From Naegleria gruberi (lineage: Eukaryota), in assembly GCA_000004985.1 (NCBI GenBank), contig GG739582.1: DNA of 1,070 nucleotides, one strand, 5' to 3'. A program made the translations under genes and the position numbers. The notes under the pieces are model-generated. The model was not told where the DNA came from. It made no database searches and saw only the letters and a list, made by a program, of their open reading frames with translations. Shown piece after piece: positions 1 to 1,070 of this stretch (position 1 is the stretch's first letter; each line of letters opens with the position of its first letter).

Positions 1-7
1 CCAAGAG

Positions 8-253
8 ATGATTGATAAATATAAAAATACTGTAGAAATTAACCATGAACAAGGAATTTATGAACAAAGAGAGAAGGAATTGAAACGGAAGAGGAAGCAA
101 GAGGAAGTACCTTACGAAGAACCCGAGGAAGAACCTGTAAATAATCAACGTGAAAGACCTCCTACTCGTCGATCCCCTGGAGGACCATTAGTGGCATTAT
201 CTTGGTACCGTAATAAGATGTCTGTAAATACTGTAAATAAAAACATTCAATAG
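8..253 (+). CDS. Hypothetical protein, 81 aa, or the C-terminal fragment of a larger protein, since the frame is open back to position 2 (Q-E-M...). It has a charged KE-rich segment (EKELKRKRKQEEVPYEEPEEEP) followed by a Pro/Arg-rich segment (RERPPTRRSPGGP). Stop codon TAG at 251-253.
   Basis: It is the only ORF in the six-frame track. An 82-codon open frame in AT-rich DNA, where stop codons are frequent, is unlikely by chance. Codon usage is AT-biased and consistent with the surrounding DNA. A terminator-like hairpin plus T10 sits about 45 bp after the stop. No SD/RBS could be assessed because only 7 nt lie upstream. No recognisable family motif. Confidence 0.55.
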   Translation: MIDKYKNTVEINHEQGIYEQREKELKRKRKQEEVPYEEPEEEPVNNQRERPPTRRSPGGPLVALSWYRNKMSVNTVNKNIQ

Positions 254-296
254 GACTCTCTAACAAAAAAAATTGCTTTATTTTTGTTCGCTTAAT

Positions 297-345
297 AAAA
301 CCCTATCAACTCGTCTTAATTGACAAGTGGTAGGGTTTTTTTTTT
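297..345 (+). terminator. Intrinsic (Rho-independent) terminator-like hairpin. The A4 plus stem aaaacccta (297-305) pairs perfectly with tagggtttt (331-339). It extends by a G-U pair and 2-4 more pairs (to 310/327), with a loop of about 14 nt, followed by T10 (336-345). It is symmetric (A4-stem-T10) and could work in either orientation. It is the first element after the ORF stop.
   Basis: Reverse complement of 297-305 equals 331-339 exactly. U10 tract directly 3' of the stem. Located 44 nt after the TAG. The stem has low GC (3 G-C pairs in the core), so predicted stability is modest. Confidence 0.5.
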
Positions 346-420
346 CGAAAATTTTTCAATCCTGACTTGGATATTTTTTCAAGTTCGGGAAAGTATTTTC
401 TTTTTTTTAATATAATAAAA
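301..420. repeat. Repeat unit copy 1 (120 bp, reference copy).
   Basis: ccctatcaactcgtcttaattgacaagtggtaggg-T10-cgaaaatttttcaatcctgacttggatattttttcaagttcgggaaagtattttc-T8-aatataataaaa. Confidence 0.95.
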
Positions 421-465
421 CCCTATCAACTCGTCTTAATTGACAAGTGGTAGGGTTTTTTTTTT
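417..465 (+). terminator. Second copy of the terminator-like hairpin plus T10, identical to the first (in repeat copy 2).
   Basis: Same sequence as 297-345, shifted by 120 bp. Confidence 0.4.
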
Positions 466-540
466 CGAAAATTTTTCAATCCTGACTTGGATATTTTTTC
501 AAGTTCGGGAAAGTATTTTCTTTTTTTTAATATAATAAAA
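421..540. repeat. Repeat unit copy 2 (120 bp, 100% identical to copy 1).
   Basis: Base-by-base identity with 301-420. Confidence 0.95.
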
Positions 541-584
541 CCCTATCAACTCGTCTTAATTGACAAGTGGTAGGTTTTTTTTTT
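537..584 (+). terminator. Third copy of the terminator-like hairpin. The right arm has lost one G (ccc opposite gg), so the stem is weaker. T10 is retained.
   Basis: Copy 3 variant, read directly. Confidence 0.3.
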
Positions 585-659
585 CGAAAATTTTTCAATC
601 CTGACTTGGATATTTTTTCAAGTTCGGGAAAGTATTTTCTTTTTTTTAATATAATAAAA
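541..659. repeat. Repeat unit copy 3 (119 bp). It has a single G deletion in the GGG of the hairpin right arm (tagg instead of taggg).
   Basis: Alignment to copy 1. Every other position is identical. Confidence 0.93.
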
Positions 660-703
660 CCCTATCAACTCGTCTTAATTGACAAGTGGTAGGGTTTTTT
701 TTT
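656..703 (+). terminator. Fourth copy of the terminator-like hairpin. The stem is intact and the T-tract is T9.
   Basis: Copy 4, read directly. Confidence 0.35.
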
Positions 704-777
704 CGAAAATTTTTCAATCCTGACTTGGATATTTTTTCATAATTGGGGGGATATTTTTCTTTTTTAATATAATAAAA
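660..777. repeat. Repeat unit copy 4 (118 bp). The T-tract is T9 instead of T10, and the 3' third is diverged: caagttcgggaaagtattttc becomes cataattggggggatatttttc, and T8 becomes T6.
   Basis: Alignment to copy 1. The first ~80 bp are near-identical and the last ~40 bp are diverged, with a G6 homopolymer. Confidence 0.9.
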
Positions 778-822
778 CCCTATTAATATACTTTAATTGA
801 CAAGTTGTAGGGGTTTTTATCC
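778..822. repeat. Repeat unit copy 5, degenerate and truncated (~45 bp, roughly 85% identity to the unit 5' end). This is the array's 3' boundary.
   Basis: ccctatTaaTaTaCtTtaattgacaagtTgtagggGttttt aligned to ccctatcaactcgtcttaattgacaagtggtagggttttt. The TTGACA motif is retained and the T-tract is reduced to T5. Confidence 0.8.
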
Positions 823-824
823 CG

Positions 825-844
825 ATTCGAAGGGATTCGAAGGG
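825..844. repeat. Perfect 10-bp tandem duplication, attcgaaggg x2, embedded in gggattcgaagggattcgaaggga. Each copy carries the palindromic hexamer TTCGAA. It lies immediately at the 3' edge of the 120-bp array.
   Basis: Direct reading of 821-848: cccgattcgaagggattcgaagggaaag. Confidence 0.85.
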
Positions 845-1070
845 AAAGCCCACAAATAATGTCGGATGAAATAATCGGTCTGTAAACAGTATTTTAAATT
901 ACTCCGAAACCCCGTATTTCCCAAAAATGCATTTACTTCCTACTTGCTCCGTTTGGACTACCTCCCGAACGTTTGGCATCAAACAATGTTTATTATAGTG
1001 GATTATTTGGTCCGACAATTTGCAGTGCACCTTCGAGTTATTTAAATAATGATTTTTTCATATGACACAA

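Larger units (their letters stand above)
293..822. repeat. Head-to-tail tandem array of a ~120-bp unit, about 4.4 copies, period 120 then 119 then 118 bp. It is non-coding and reads like a minisatellite or VNTR.
   Basis: Direct reading shows 301-420 is identical base for base to 421-540. 541-659 has one G deleted. 660-777 has one T deleted and a diverged 3' tail. 778-822 is a degenerate partial copy. Sequence upstream of 301 back to ~276 shows faint similarity to the unit tail (taataaaa at 293-300 matches 413-420). Confidence 0.95.

Noticed and set aside
320-445. A functional sigma70 promoter built from the perfect TTGACA and TATAAT hexamers
   Set aside because: The hexamers are 85 bp apart within a unit and in the wrong order (TATAAT 24 bp upstream of the next TTGACA) across unit junctions. 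No -10-like hexamer lies 16-19 bp downstream of any TTGACA. They are kept as a curiosity in the findings, not as a promoter feature.
774-818. Fifth terminator copy
   Set aside because: In the degenerate copy 5 the U-tract is reduced to T5 and interrupted (tttttatccc), and the stem has an extra G bulge. It is unlikely to function, so it is not listed as a terminator feature.
293-822. CRISPR array
   Set aside because: The repeat units are 120 bp and directly abut one another with no unique spacers between them. CRISPR repeats are about 24-48 bp and separated by unique spacers of similar length. This is a plain tandem duplication, not a CRISPR array.
293-822. Coding repeat (repetitive protein domain) spanning the array
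   Set aside because: The unit has stop codons in all six frames (taa, tga, tag occur repeatedly) and no ATG on either strand. The ORF track shows no ORF here.
293-822. Plasmid or phage iterons, or a replication origin
   Set aside because: Iterons are typically 17-22 bp and are accompanied by a rep gene and an AT-rich DnaA-box region. Here the period is 120 bp and no rep-like ORF is in the window. This cannot be excluded without flanking sequence, but nothing in the window specifically supports it.
859-998. Small ORFs in the downstream unique region (MSDEIIGL at 859-885; a 23-codon ORF at 927-998, MHLLPTCSVWTTSRTFGIKQCLL)
   Set aside because: They are far too short to call from sequence alone and have no convincing Shine-Dalgarno. 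They are expected by chance in a 225-bp segment.
846-1070. tRNA gene
   Set aside because: There is no GTTCGAnTCC-like T-arm and no plausible acceptor-stem pairing. ttcgagt at 1033-1039 lacks the flanking GG/CC and a matching 5' acceptor arm.
1049-1070. Partial CDS starting at ATG 1049 (MIFSYDT...) running off the right edge
   Set aside because: Only 7 codons are visible and there is no RBS-like purine run upstream (gagttatttaaataATG). It is mentioned as a possibility in the findings but is too weak to list as a feature.

Overview
This is an AT-rich 1070-bp window. I cannot tell from the sequence whether it comes from a low-GC bacterium or an organelle (plastid-like). It has three parts. (1) Positions 8-253 on the + strand hold the only substantial ORF, 81 codons. 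Its reading frame is open back to position 2, so it may be the C-terminus of a larger gene that starts upstream of the window. It ends in a highly charged, Pro/Arg-rich, low-complexity tail. (2) About 40 bp after the stop codon, a head-to-tail tandem array of a ~120-bp non-coding unit begins and runs from ~293 to ~822. It has four full copies and one degenerate partial copy. Copies 1 and 2 are 100% identical; later copies accumulate indels, and copy 5 is highly diverged. Each unit contains an intrinsic-terminator-like element (A4 + 9-bp perfect stem + T10), a weaker second hairpin, a perfect TTGACA and a perfect TATAAT. There is no ATG on either strand of the unit. (3) Positions 846-1070 are a unique, slightly GC-richer non-coding stretch with no long ORF on either strand. 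A possible gene start lies at the very right edge. I see no tRNA, rRNA, CRISPR or transposase signatures. The main interest is the near-perfect 120-bp tandem array of terminator-like modules directly downstream of the ORF.
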